Part shown: one piece after another, positions 10,901 through 22,155 of the stretch
How the letters are laid out: each line of letters begins with the position of its first letter
Numbering within the stretch: the first letter of the stretch is position 1
Source: an uncultured Patescibacteria group bacterium
GTDB lineage: Bacteria > Patescibacteriota > Minisyncoccia > Phycocordibacterales > UBA12088
Length of the DNA stretch: 64,000 bases
NCBI GenBank assembly: GCA_947259245.1
Contig: CAMYLP010000003.1
Coordinates: 27,118 to 91,117 of the forward strand
Direction: 5' to 3'
Translations under genes and position numbers: made by a program
The notes under the pieces: model-generated
What the model saw: only the letters and a program-made list of their open reading frames with translations
Database searches by the model: none
What the model was told of the DNA's origin: nothing

Positions 10901-11170
10901 CGTGGAGTTAAGAGCACGCCCAGTGGTGTTGAACAAGTGGTCGCCGGCATCCTGAGTGAGGTAAAACCCTTCACTACGAAAAAGGGTGATAAAATGGCAT
11001 TTCTGAAACTCTCAGATTACGATGACACGTTGGAAGCCGTTGCGTTCCCACGAACGTACACACAGTACCGTGACTTTCTAAAGAAGGACGGATGTGTCGC
11101 GTTCAGCGGTCGTGTTTCCGAGCGCAACGGTGAAACAAATTTTGTTGTAGAGAAAGTAAGGGCGCTGTAA
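7997..11170 (+). CDS. dnaE: DNA polymerase III alpha subunit
   Basis: PHP domain HLHTHSHYSLL, RGSVAGS, PDIDMD, KFDFLG, YGFNKAHA, C-terminal OB fold. Confidence 0.99.
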   Translation: MSTFTHLHTHSHYSLLGAVPKIPPLVARAKEYGFTSLALTDNGALYGAVEFYKACRKENIKPIIGVDAYLAPRSRIDMERGIDDKRTRLVLLAENNTGYVNLIRLVTASYMEGFFDKPRMDREVLEKWHEGVIAILPSFSGEHISALRGSDMAKAVAIVRWYQDTFGKDNVFLELSHHSEIEGHEYLQEQIQQLSSESGSELVAAHNTYYLHPEDRLARETMLKISTTGSLEGEDYYEDEDLSFITPETAEKLFANEPEALRNTAALAERCNVQIELGHWYFPDFKIESGRTADEELQHLAQRGLAWRGMAYEGTVKKRLDYELDIIRSKGYAGYFLAVGDLLREARERGILTTIRGSVAGSLTTYVLGITNVDPLKLNLPFERFLNPHRPSAPDIDMDYADNRRDEMIEYAKDKYGHDNVAQIGTFGTMMARAVVRDVARALGYAYGVGDKIAKVIPFGSQGFPMTIDHALESEKEFAALYKKDKDVQRIIDLAKKIEGCARHVGVHAAGVVIAPSPLDNYVPVQPDPKGGGKLITQYDMHSVGEDGVGLLKFDFLGIKNLSILADAIERVKDRHGVEVDIENIPLDDARTYDMLAQGETGGVFQLNGAAMTRYLKELRPTRIEDINAMIALYRPGPMKNIPEYIARKQGRKPVRYFHPRVASFLEPSYGILVYQDDLLFTALELAGYNWETVDKFRKAVGKKIPAEMAKQHVKFVEGCMEHSDMSRRDAEGVWELFEPFQGYGFNKAHAASYGKVAYQTAYMKANYPVEYMAAILTADSGDIDKVAEAVVECERMNIRVLKPDVNQSFDTFTCVQKDGKDAIRFGLSSIKNFGEGIAHTIIQEREQHGPYNTIDDLLMRIQSRNLNKKSLESLIKCGALDSFKVKRGRLLKYIDELLAFNKEQHQEVAQASLFTGDVGGNVLSIPEAPEASLQDMLSWEKELLGLYVSGHPLDVHRDRLERLGQTIRGVKSTPSGVEQVVAGILSEVKPFTTKKGDKMAFLKLSDYDDTLEAVAFPRTYTQYRDFLKKDGCVAFSGRVSERNGETNFVVEKVRAL

Positions 11171-11178
11171 ACCAACAC

Positions 11179-11775
11179 CTACTGAACGGTGATCAGTTTC
11201 TCACCGTACCCGTACTCGGGGTACTCGAGTACAAAGCGGTAGGTTCCTGGACGCAATGAATAGTTGGACTGGAGATGTTCTATCTCGAACATGCGGGTTG
11301 CGCCGGCTGCAAGTGTGTACTGCACACGCTCATCTGTTTGGCAGCGTTGTTCATCGGCACTACTGTAAACAAGAGCACTGTCAGCCGCATAGATACGATA
11401 AATGATCTGGCACCGCCGTTTTGCCTCCATCATCATGGTCGTATTTGTCTCATTCGTTACCAAAAGCAGGAGACCTTTAATGTCCTCTGATGGAGCGTAT
11501 GTCAGGTCTGCGTACTCAATGAGCTGTGAAACTTTTACGCGCACATTGTTTCCTGATGTTTTCTTCGCCTCTTCAATGCGCTCTATTGCACCTGTTAACT
11601 CGCGAGCACGCTCAACCGCGTACTCTGGTACAATTCCGCGTTCGATCAGAAGATCCACAAAACCCGAAACAGTACTGGAAGAGTGTGTTGTGGAGGATTG
11701 AGCAGCCCATGCCACCGTACAACCCGAAACGAACACAAGCGCTCCAACAAGTAAGTATAGTTTTCTCATACTCAT
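11179..11775 (-). CDS. secreted protein with a C-terminal Ig-like (BsuPI-like) domain
   Basis: Signal peptide; VTNET...YRIYAADSALVY...TLAAGATRMF...LRPGTYRF pattern resembles BsuPI-type Ig folds; start uncertain. Confidence 0.55.
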   Translation of the reverse strand: MSMRKLYLLVGALVFVSGCTVAWAAQSSTTHSSSTVSGFVDLLIERGIVPEYAVERARELTGAIERIEEAKKTSGNNVRVKVSQLIEYADLTYAPSEDIKGLLLLVTNETNTTMMMEAKRRCQIIYRIYAADSALVYSSADEQRCQTDERVQYTLAAGATRMFEIEHLQSNYSLRPGTYRFVLEYPEYGYGEKLITVQ

Positions 11776-11873
11776 ATACTGTACTCTACGAGCAATTAGC
11801 ACAAGTATTGCACGATCTATGTTTATGGGTGTATAGTAGCGCGGGATGTCAACAGCTCATAAAGGAGGGGACC

Positions 11874-12263
11874 ATGCGTCTGAACTGGAGTTCACGACGA
11901 GTGCTCACAGCGTACCTAACGTTGTTTGATGTAACCATCGATCCGATGAAAGATTTCTATTCCGCGATTACTATGCTCATAGAGACGTATCCGGATGAGA
12001 AGCCGCACATCGATGTATTGCTCGAACTACTCATATGCGAAGACGAAAATTGCGAGGGGTGCATAAGTACCCGACGCAGTAGGTTACGTGAAATTACGCC
12101 GGTGCAAATGTTTTTAGCGGGTGCGTGCGAACGTCGCTACAGACATAGGGGTGGCAGCTCGGAGAAGTTGTACGTACAAGAGTGCCTAGAAAAAATTTAC
12201 CGTGTTTTCGATTCCATGGACGAGTTTGATGACACTGATCACGTGGTCTGTAATGACACCTGA
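11874..12263 (+). CDS. hypothetical protein (129 aa, Cys-containing orphan)
   Basis: Strong SD AAGGAGGGG before ATG 11874; upstream TTGCAC-18-TATAGT; fills the intergenic gap. Confidence 0.6.
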   Translation: MRLNWSSRRVLTAYLTLFDVTIDPMKDFYSAITMLIETYPDEKPHIDVLLELLICEDENCEGCISTRRSRLREITPVQMFLAGACERRYRHRGGSSEKLYVQECLEKIYRVFDSMDEFDDTDHVVCNDT

Positions 12264-12362
12264 CCATGTTCCATGTCTGACCGCACCTGCACGTGCGGTC
12301 AGTTTACTTTACATATGTCTAAATACGACCTACTATGTGTGTTTGTAGATACACAGCAGTAC

Positions 12363-14123
12363 ATGGAGCACGGACAGCTTGAAAAAATACGACACACACT
12401 AGCGCACCTCTTGGCTGCCGCAGTACTTGAACTCTACCCACATGCAAAGTGTGCGATCGGGCCTGCAATCGATGATGGCTTCTACTATGACTTTGACTTT
12501 TCGGGAGGGAGTAATCCGGGCGAACAGGACCTTGTACAAATTGAGCAAAAGATGCGCGAATTGCTTAAGAAGTGGGATGCCATTGTCGGTGAGAGTATTA
12601 GTAAGGAGACGGCACACGATGCGTTTAAGAATAATCCTTACAAGAATGAGCTCATAGATGACATCGTTGCACGTAATGAGGAGCTCACGCTGTACCACTC
12701 GATCGCCGGAGATAAACAAGTTTTCACAGACCTCTGCAGAGGCGGTCACTGTGAACATCCGAACAAAGATGTTGTAGCGGGTGCGTTCAAGCTTGACCGT
12801 ATTGCGGGTGCATACTGGCGTGGCAGCGAGAAAAACGAAATGTTAACTCGTATCTACGGCCTTGCATTTCCAGATAAGGAAACGTTGGATGCGTACATAC
12901 ATGCGCGAGAGGAGGCACGCAAACGGGACCACAAGAAGCTTGGACGAGAGCTTGACCTATTCTATATTGACGAGGACGTTGGAAAAGGTCTTCCTATGTG
13001 GACACCCAAGGGTACGCAAGTTAAGTTCGCTCTTGAAGAGTTCACGCGAGAGCTAGAACGGTCGTACGGGTATGAGCACGTGTGCACTCCCTACCTTGCC
13101 TCAAAGAAGCTGTACGAGATGTCAGGACACCTAGACCACTACAGCGATACAATGTATGCACCGATCGCGATGGACGATGACGTCATGTACCTGAGACCCA
13201 TGGCTTGTCCGCACCACATCAAACTCCTTCAGCGCAAACCCATCAGCTACCGCGAGCTTCCCATTCGTTACGCAGAAATTGCTGACTATAATCGGTACGA
13301 GAAATCAGGCGAGCTTATGGGTATGATACGAGTCCGGAAGTTTCAGCTTACTGATGCCCACGTCTTTGTGTCACCCGAGGGTTTGAAGGAAGAGTTCATA
13401 CACGTCTGTCAAATGATACAGGAGGGTATGAACGGACTTGGTATTAACGATATTGTTACATACCGCTTTTCCAAGCGTGATCCGCACAATACTGAAAAAT
13501 ACTATCCGGACGATGCACTCTGGACACGTGCCGAGGGTGTCATGAAGGAGGCATTGGACGAGCTTGGGCTCAGCTATGTTGAGGTAGAGGATGAGGCCGC
13601 CTTTTACGGTCCAAAGCTTGATGTACAGGCGAGGAACGTAAATGGTAAGGAGGACACGCTTTTCACTGCACAAATGGACTTTCTCTTACCAGAGAAGTTT
13701 GGTTTAGAGTACGTTGCTGAAGATGGCACGAAACAACGTCCAGTCATGATACATCGGTCTGCTATTGGTTCACTTGAACGTACGTTTGCCTTTCTCATTG
13801 AACATTATGCCGGCGCATTTCCTTTTTGGCTTGCACCTGTTCAGGTACGGGTCTTACCCGTTGGTGAGGCGCACAGTGAGTATGCAAGAGGAGTACACGA
13901 TGCGCTCCGCAAGTCGGGCATTCGTTCAGAACTTGATGAGTCCGCTGAATCACTTGGAAAGCGCATACGCTCGTGCAAAGTCGAGAAGCTGCCGTACTTC
14001 ATCGTTCTAGGCGACAAGGAGGTGGAAGCGAAGCAGGTGACCCTTGAAGGCAAGACAAAGGAGGTACATACGCTCGACTCACTTGTGTCGCTGCTAACTA
14101 TCAAAAAAAACACACGGACGTGA
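12363..14123 (+). CDS. thrS: threonine--tRNA ligase (no N-terminal TGS domain)
   Basis: RHTLAH, DLCRGGH, GAYWRG, RDHKKLG, PMACPHH, AFYGPKLD, HRSAIGSLER. Confidence 0.98.
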   Translation: MEHGQLEKIRHTLAHLLAAAVLELYPHAKCAIGPAIDDGFYYDFDFSGGSNPGEQDLVQIEQKMRELLKKWDAIVGESISKETAHDAFKNNPYKNELIDDIVARNEELTLYHSIAGDKQVFTDLCRGGHCEHPNKDVVAGAFKLDRIAGAYWRGSEKNEMLTRIYGLAFPDKETLDAYIHAREEARKRDHKKLGRELDLFYIDEDVGKGLPMWTPKGTQVKFALEEFTRELERSYGYEHVCTPYLASKKLYEMSGHLDHYSDTMYAPIAMDDDVMYLRPMACPHHIKLLQRKPISYRELPIRYAEIADYNRYEKSGELMGMIRVRKFQLTDAHVFVSPEGLKEEFIHVCQMIQEGMNGLGINDIVTYRFSKRDPHNTEKYYPDDALWTRAEGVMKEALDELGLSYVEVEDEAAFYGPKLDVQARNVNGKEDTLFTAQMDFLLPEKFGLEYVAEDGTKQRPVMIHRSAIGSLERTFAFLIEHYAGAFPFWLAPVQVRVLPVGEAHSEYARGVHDALRKSGIRSELDESAESLGKRIRSCKVEKLPYFIVLGDKEVEAKQVTLEGKTKEVHTLDSLVSLLTIKKNTRT

Positions 14124-14137
14124 GCCCGTGTGTTTTT
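14106..14137. terminator. bidirectional intrinsic terminator between thrS and the convergent gene
   Basis: AAAAACACACGG-8 nt-CCGTGTGTTTTT. Confidence 0.75.
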
Positions 14138-14148
14138 CTGACGCGACG

Positions 14149-16657
14149 TTACTTGATACCCTGGAAAAGTTCGAATACTTTTGCGAGTGCTACTTTCGTG
14201 CCAATTCGAGCATTTGAATAGCTGTAGTCAACACATTCAACCAGAGTGCCGAGTACTTTTTCAAAGTCTGCAGCGCTCCAGGACGCGGTCAACTGTGCGA
14301 GTTGTGCATCTGGCTTGCGGTTGCCCTCAAGTCGATGCTTGTACACTTCGTCTAGGTCGCGAATAACACGGCCGATAAAATCTGCACTGTCTATTCCCTT
14401 TGTACCAAGCGTACGCAATAGTTCAAAGGCCTTTTGCTGTTGCTTTTCTACCAAGTACCCCACAAAGAGTGGTATGACTCGCATGTCATTGTCAGGTGCT
14501 GCCTCTACATTGTCAGTAACGGGTGAACCAGCATTTTGTGTTGCTTGTGCACGTTCCACGCGTTGGTGCGGTACATGTGCTCTTGGTGCTGACTGTGTCG
14601 GTACTGATCGTTGCGGCGCTGTAGCTCGAGACGTAACGGCAGGTGTTGTCGTGTCCACGGTCACATCTTGACCGCTTTGCGATGCTGAGCTCATGAGCTT
14701 TTGGCATCGTTCCTTCGACAGTAGAATCCACCCGTCTTCTCTTGGGTACATGGCTTTTGCCTGCCCGAATAGTCCATCAAGCACCTCCGTGCTGTGTTCG
14801 TTATCTTTGTTCACGAGTTCAGCTATCATACGGCCTGCTTCAGGTGACAACAGAATGTTGTCACGATGTGCGCGATCCTCGATCTGTGTGTACGAGTCAC
14901 CACCGTGCATATTGCTCATGCTAACGGGTGACGGAACAGCCGTGAGTTGGGACCGTTCGGTCGTGTGTGTATCCAAGAGTGTATGTACTGCTGCGTGCGA
15001 GTACGGACTCTTTTTTTCAGTGAGGTCGGCACGATACGTTTGAAAACGTTCAAGTGGTCGTACTACGGTTAGGGCGTATGCGATCAAGGCACTCAGTAGC
15101 AGAACTCCCATCCAGAATACAGCAGTCATTATTGGCCCTGCCTCAAAGCCAGTGTATGGTACCTGATCAAGTGTGATGAAGCTACCTGCACGTGTTACTG
15201 TGCTGTTAAGAAGAATGTTCGGCTCAGGCTCCTCCTCATCGTCGTCATTCACCACGGTACCACCACCACCATTGTCATCTTCATCGTCATCACCATTGCA
15301 GTTTATACAGCTTCCGCCACCGCCACCTCCGCCGCCACCTCCGCCGCCTGTGCTGATGGAAACTGAAGCACTACAGCTTGTGCTATCGCCATCGTCATTT
15401 GAGAATGAAGCTGTGTACGTGATATTTTCGCTTATCGTCACAATCTCACTTCCACTCGTCGCAACTGGTCCAAATCCCGGATCAAGTGTTCCAGTACTAG
15501 CATTATCACTAGACCATGTAATGGTCACCATGTCGCCACTGTTCACTGTAGATGCGCTTACGCTAATGTCACATGATAACTGGTCAACCGGTGGCTCAGT
15601 TTCCTTAGTCAATGCGACACAGACCGGCTGAACGCTGTTTGCAGAACTGAGGTCCGGGTAAGCTGCGTGATCTGCACGTACAGCATCAGCATCACTTGTA
15701 AGGACAAATGCGCTTTCAAGTGTTTCGTTGATCTGAGAAGAAACGACGTTGTCTTCAAGATCAGTTGTCGCTGCTGTGGCACCAAGCGTGGTGTCACCAG
15801 AAAGGAATGTCACGAACCAACTTTCATTTGGTTGTGAGTGGTCGACACGCGTTTCGTAGCCATCCCATGAAGCTGATTCCACAGTGTAGGTTCCAGCAGG
15901 AAGAGGTGCGCTGTACACATCACTCTGCGCATCGTCGAGAGCCCCATTGCTCATCAAGCGCTCGTGGTCACCAAAGTACACGACCTCGGTGTTTGCGTCA
16001 GGAGTGAACGGACATACAGGACCTTCCGGTTCGGTCTGACACGCACGTACGCTCTACAGTAGTGGAACATTGCCCTCCTTTACCTGAAACACTGGAAAGC
16101 TGTTTGTTGAATTCTACTGTCTCAACATCACTCCACGATTCTTCGACTTTACCACTGGATGTACCATCACAGAAATATGCAGTGTAGTGTGATAGCGCAG
16201 GAGGACCAGCCCATGTGAAGCTTGTCTCATGTATCGATAGGTCTACAGACTCACATGTATTGGTCGGTGCTGTGGCTGGCTCTACATGTACGGCACATGA
16301 CATTGTATCGTCAGTGTAGTCAACGTGTGTGTGCGCTACGAATGTCGTCGGCTCGTGAATGACTGTTTGTACCGAACCTGTACGACCAAATACCTGTCCT
16401 TCCAGCTGTTCTATGGTGAGTGAATCAGTATCTGCTGCAGCGTTCCATGACAGAGTTACGATAGTGCCTTCTGCGGAGTATTCAGTCACCGCCTCAATAG
16501 TACATTCCCATGCCAATGCTGACTCCGTCGCAAAACGTACAGGTGCCGCCTCAAGCATGAATAGTGCCATGATGACGAATGCACTCAGCACACCGCTTTT
16601 CAATAGCGTAGTTGCATGTGATCGTGCGATTTTTGTAATATGTGTAATGGTGTTCAT
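14149..16657 (-). pseudogene. large sortase-substrate surface protein (signal peptide, Cys-bracketed Ig-like modules, poly-Gly, VPYTG+TM, DnaX-like cytoplasmic domain), split by a frameshift into ORFs 15998..16657 and 14149..15981
   Basis: The upstream ORF has the signal peptide; the downstream ORF has none, but its frame is open back to about 16053; deleting one CACG of the tandem CACGCACG (16040-16047) joins them as ...VERTCQTEPEGPVCPF... (834 aa). Confidence 0.7.
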
Positions 16658-16690
16658 ACCGTTGTATGAGTTTCTAATAAGGGCATCGTA

Positions 16691-17359
16691 CTACTGTACG
16701 TACTGCTTTTTGTCTGTTAATGATGCGGTGACTACCCACCGCTCCTGCTTGGCGCCAAACGTGTTGCACGTGGCCAAAGTCAGTGTGGGCGTATCCGCCT
16801 CGAAGTAAATAACTGCGTCATCCGCATTAGCTAGGTATACATCGCGGACTGTGTATTCATACGTGTGCGTATCAGAGTACACAGTGACAACGTCACCATC
16901 ATGCAGTTCTCCCAACTCATTGAACGCTTTGTACGCTTCATTTCGAACCACTGGCAAGTAGCTGCTATGTCCAAAAATGAGCATGTTCGCGCTCTCACCG
17001 GCTAGGCCGGAACCAGGGTACAGCACGGCTCCAGACAATAATGCGCGATCGAGCACCTCTACATCTGTGCTCGTGGGTGACAAAACTGTGGTGTCCACGT
17101 CGATGTCATCGATAACAATGCGTACAGGTGTCGTCAACTCGTACGGCACGTCTACTGCTTCCGTTGTGTTGCCAGAAGCAGGTGTTGCGTACAGTACATC
17201 TGTTGATGTGCTGGTTGACTCGTTGGTCACGGGGACTGGAACGAAATCGATAAGTATTAGCAAGAACGTAAGCACTGCAAATACACCAAACGTTTGCAGT
17301 ACGACGTGCGCACTGTTCGATAGCGTATCTCCTATGCTCCTGTTCTCCTTGTTACTCAT
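16691..17359 (-). CDS. sortase (class D/E/F-like)
   Basis: N-terminal TM; catalytic His (IFGHSS), TLATC (TLxTC Cys) and Arg (ERWVV). Confidence 0.92.
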   Translation of the reverse strand: MSNKENRSIGDTLSNSAHVVLQTFGVFAVLTFLLILIDFVPVPVTNESTSTSTDVLYATPASGNTTEAVDVPYELTTPVRIVIDDIDVDTTVLSPTSTDVEVLDRALLSGAVLYPGSGLAGESANMLIFGHSSYLPVVRNEAYKAFNELGELHDGDVVTVYSDTHTYEYTVRDVYLANADDAVIYFEADTPTLTLATCNTFGAKQERWVVTASLTDKKQYVQ

Positions 17360-17421
17360 ATGTTGTTCGTGTGCCGATGGACACACAAGAGCATATAACT
17401 AAATATATTATAGCAGCTATA

Positions 17422-18198
17422 TTATATGCTGTCAATGGTTGCTCCGCGTCCTTCTATAATGAGCGAGGCAAACGCGCGTGCAACTTGTCCGAAGGAGACA
17501 GTGTCAGTGTCGTCTTTCTCTTCATAGTGCACCGTAATAGACTTGGTAGCACAAGTAGGACTTTGTACAGTGATGTGCTGTTTACGTTGAAGTCGCACCA
17601 CCACTACACCCTCAGTTCCCTCCTCATGAATACGAATAGCTCGACGTGCTTTCTTGGCGTTACTCAGACCACTGTCGTTTCCGTGTGTCACAGCCACCGG
17701 AGCAAGACGTAGCGCATACATTGGTGCCCGAACAGCTAAACTGTTACGGTCGTACGAATTTTGTAAGTACGACGTGATGTTTGTACATACAGAACCCAAA
17801 CGTACAAGAATATTTTCGCTTACGCTATCGAGTATGACAAACATTTTCATACTTACTTCGAAAGTTCGTGTGGCTATACTATGTAGTCTCGCGACAATGC
17901 CTGAAAGCCACGTTTGAATGTCTTCGCTAGTTACTGTCGGCACCAAGTGCTTGTTAGGATGCGTGGGGAATATCCTCGCAGCCACAATGTCAGCATCATG
18001 TGTTTTGTACGTATCATGATCCAGATTCAATATTGAGTGTATCTCCGTATGTACGGGCGGTTCGTCCGCATAACATGTTGGCGATGATGCGCGCCGAACA
18101 TCCTCACTCTCAGTAAGGATATCAATAAGAAATTGTGTTTCGTCGAGACACAGCGTATGTGGCACGATCGAGTCTAGTTCTACAGTATTGTATTCCAT
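17422..18198 (-). CDS. hypothetical protein (258 aa)
   Basis: Long ORF with its own TTGACA-17-TATACA promoter; no motif recognised. Confidence 0.6.
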   Translation of the reverse strand: MEYNTVELDSIVPHTLCLDETQFLIDILTESEDVRRASSPTCYADEPPVHTEIHSILNLDHDTYKTHDADIVAARIFPTHPNKHLVPTVTSEDIQTWLSGIVARLHSIATRTFEVSMKMFVILDSVSENILVRLGSVCTNITSYLQNSYDRNSLAVRAPMYALRLAPVAVTHGNDSGLSNAKKARRAIRIHEEGTEGVVVVRLQRKQHITVQSPTCATKSITVHYEEKDDTDTVSFGQVARAFASLIIEGRGATIDSI

Positions 18199-18219
18199 GC
18201 AACGTAATTTGTGTGTCTT

Positions 18220-18297
18220 TGTATACCAGCTTTATCTAGCTCTGTCAAGTTTTTCTATACAATAAAACTTGACACTACACTAGCTATATGATATAGA
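18220..18297. promoter_or_regulatory. back-to-back divergent sigma70 promoters whose -35 boxes form an inverted repeat
   Basis: Plus strand TTGACA(18269-74)-17-TATAGA; minus strand TTGACA(18248-43)-17-TATACA; 11-bp inverted repeat TGTCAAGTTTT/AAAACTTGACA. Confidence 0.7.
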
Positions 18298-18347
18298 TAT
18301 CGCATACTCATTATTATCACAGGCATCACACGCCTGTCGGACAAAGT

Positions 18348-19418
18348 ATGAATGATAAGCAAAAAAAACGAAGTGAGAGCATAGCTGCAGGCGTCATGCG
18401 TGTTTTCGCTGTTATTGGACTTATTTCAATATTGGCACTAGCCGCGTGGATCGTTGTACAAGGTGCACGCTTCGCTCCAGAGGTTGGTGAGAAGCTGGGA
18501 GCTGCAGTTACCACAGTCACGTCTGTATTCAGCCGCACGCCAGGTGCCTCACTTACCTTCGACGTAGCACAACGCACTGTTAGTTCTGGTGACGTTGTAA
18601 CAGTCGGATACGAGTATCGTGGTGACGTCATACCATTGTCGTACGATTTTTCTTATGCGTGCGATACATCAGTCATACTCAGTATGAAGTCCGGAGACGA
18701 GTGGTCTTCCCTGCCCTGTGCTACAGGTGTTGCGGTTAGTGGGGATCAAGTACAGTTTATTCCGGTTAGCGACGACAAACGTCTTACGAGTCTGGCCATC
18801 ACGATCTCGGGTGGTGACATCACCGACACGACGATACTGACCGTAGTCAATACAAATGTTGCCAGTACCACGGAAGACGGTGACATCGTCCTGGATGAGA
18901 CCGCTCTGGATGATGCGTCTGCGCAGGACTCAGGCTCACCAGACAATGTAGACAACGATATGGTCTCGTCTGACATTGCGTCCACTGAATCTACTGCTAC
19001 CCGACAGTCGACGTACGTCGTGTCAACACCTGTGGATCGCACACCCGCAGACCTCATGGTGACAATCAAACAAACAGGAGTTCTGGTACCAGTTGCAGGT
19101 GATAACACGTTCTTCGAACTTTCACCTATACCATCTGACAGAACCGCCGCTGTCCGCTTTACGGTGACCAATGAAGGCGGTCAACACTCGGGTGCATGGG
19201 CCTTTGTTGCCAACCTGCCCGTACGTGGTGACGAGGAGTATCGGTATGTTTCTCCTGCACAGGCATCTCTCGCACCGAACATGGAGGTTGAATTTACACT
19301 GGGATTTGACGAAGTGTTAGACGCTTCGGTGGGTACGGTTCGCATCGAAATATTTCCGACAAACACAGTGGATCCGGTCGGTAATAACCTAGACATGGTC
19401 AACATCACTATTGACTAA
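18348..19418 (+). CDS. membrane-anchored surface protein with a C-terminal CARDB-like Ig domain
   Basis: N-terminal TM; PADLMV...FTVTNEGG...SLAPNMEV...NN pattern typical of CARDB. Confidence 0.7.
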   Translation: MNDKQKKRSESIAAGVMRVFAVIGLISILALAAWIVVQGARFAPEVGEKLGAAVTTVTSVFSRTPGASLTFDVAQRTVSSGDVVTVGYEYRGDVIPLSYDFSYACDTSVILSMKSGDEWSSLPCATGVAVSGDQVQFIPVSDDKRLTSLAITISGGDITDTTILTVVNTNVASTTEDGDIVLDETALDDASAQDSGSPDNVDNDMVSSDIASTESTATRQSTYVVSTPVDRTPADLMVTIKQTGVLVPVAGDNTFFELSPIPSDRTAAVRFTVTNEGGQHSGAWAFVANLPVRGDEEYRYVSPAQASLAPNMEVEFTLGFDEVLDASVGTVRIEIFPTNTVDPVGNNLDMVNITID

Positions 19419-19433
19419 GCAAACCACATGCAT

Positions 19434-19458
19434 AAACGCCCCTCCAAGGGGGCGTTTT
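19434..19458. terminator. bidirectional terminator between the CARDB gene and gyrB
   Basis: AAACGCCCCT-ccaa-GGGGGCGTTTT. Confidence 0.7.
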
Positions 19459-19459
19459 G

Positions 19460-21550
<2,091 letters not shown>

Positions 21551-21606
21551 CTAGACGTAGCCGTATTATACCATATATGGACCATATATACAGGTGCTAT
21601 AAAACG

Positions 21607-21635
21607 TTGACATGCATGTCTGTATGTTGTATAAA
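21607..21635 (+). promoter_or_regulatory. sigma70 promoter of the NUDIX gene
   Basis: TTGACA-17-TATAAA. Confidence 0.65.
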
Positions 21636-21664
21636 CAGTATAGTTAGTACACAGGAGCAACGGT

Positions 21665-22132
21665 ATGAACGAGAACGGTCTCGTGTTGTGCATTACTCTT
21701 ATTGGTGACATCAATAAACCAGATCAATGTCACGTGGTATTTGTACGTGACCATGGAAAACAAGATCCTATATGGTATAAGTTTCCGGGAGGGCAGACAG
21801 AGGGTTTGTCGAAAGAGTACGCTGTGCGCCATGAGCTAGCAGACGAAACTGGCCTGCAGTACGACTGTGGCTCGTTCCGACATGGCATTATCGGTGAAAC
21901 AGTTGCAGATGATGGGTACGTGGTTACTTTTTACGCCGTAGTGTTCACAAATGAATACGCCCACCACAATCTTGAAGCATGGGGCGACGAGCCGGAGCTT
22001 CAAGTGATTAGGGTTCCCCTCAGTCAGTTGAAGGAGGTGGGTGCGATGTTACTTCCACAGCATAAAAAATGGCTTGGGCAGGCAAATCGGGCCTGGCTTG
22101 GAAAAATACTGCAGTGGTACAACAACAACTAA
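21665..22132 (+). CDS. NUDIX hydrolase
   Basis: KFPGGQTEGLSKEYAVRHELADETGL degenerate Nudix box; SD AGGAG. Confidence 0.75.
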   Translation: MNENGLVLCITLIGDINKPDQCHVVFVRDHGKQDPIWYKFPGGQTEGLSKEYAVRHELADETGLQYDCGSFRHGIIGETVADDGYVVTFYAVVFTNEYAHHNLEAWGDEPELQVIRVPLSQLKEVGAMLLPQHKKWLGQANRAWLGKILQWYNNN

Positions 22133-22155
22133 CGGCGCCTAAGGGCGCCGTTTTT
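22131..22155 (+). terminator. intrinsic terminator
   Basis: AACGGCGCC-taag-GGCGCCGTT followed by a T run. Confidence 0.75.

Noticed and set aside
11526-11873. N-terminal 116 aa of the 245-aa ORF in the track
   Set aside because: It overlaps the opposite-strand gene; promoter and SD place the start at 11874.
15313-15351. GGN repeat tract as a possible contingency repeat
   Set aside because: It is in-frame poly-Gly with mixed codons, so it is a linker and not the cause of the frameshift.
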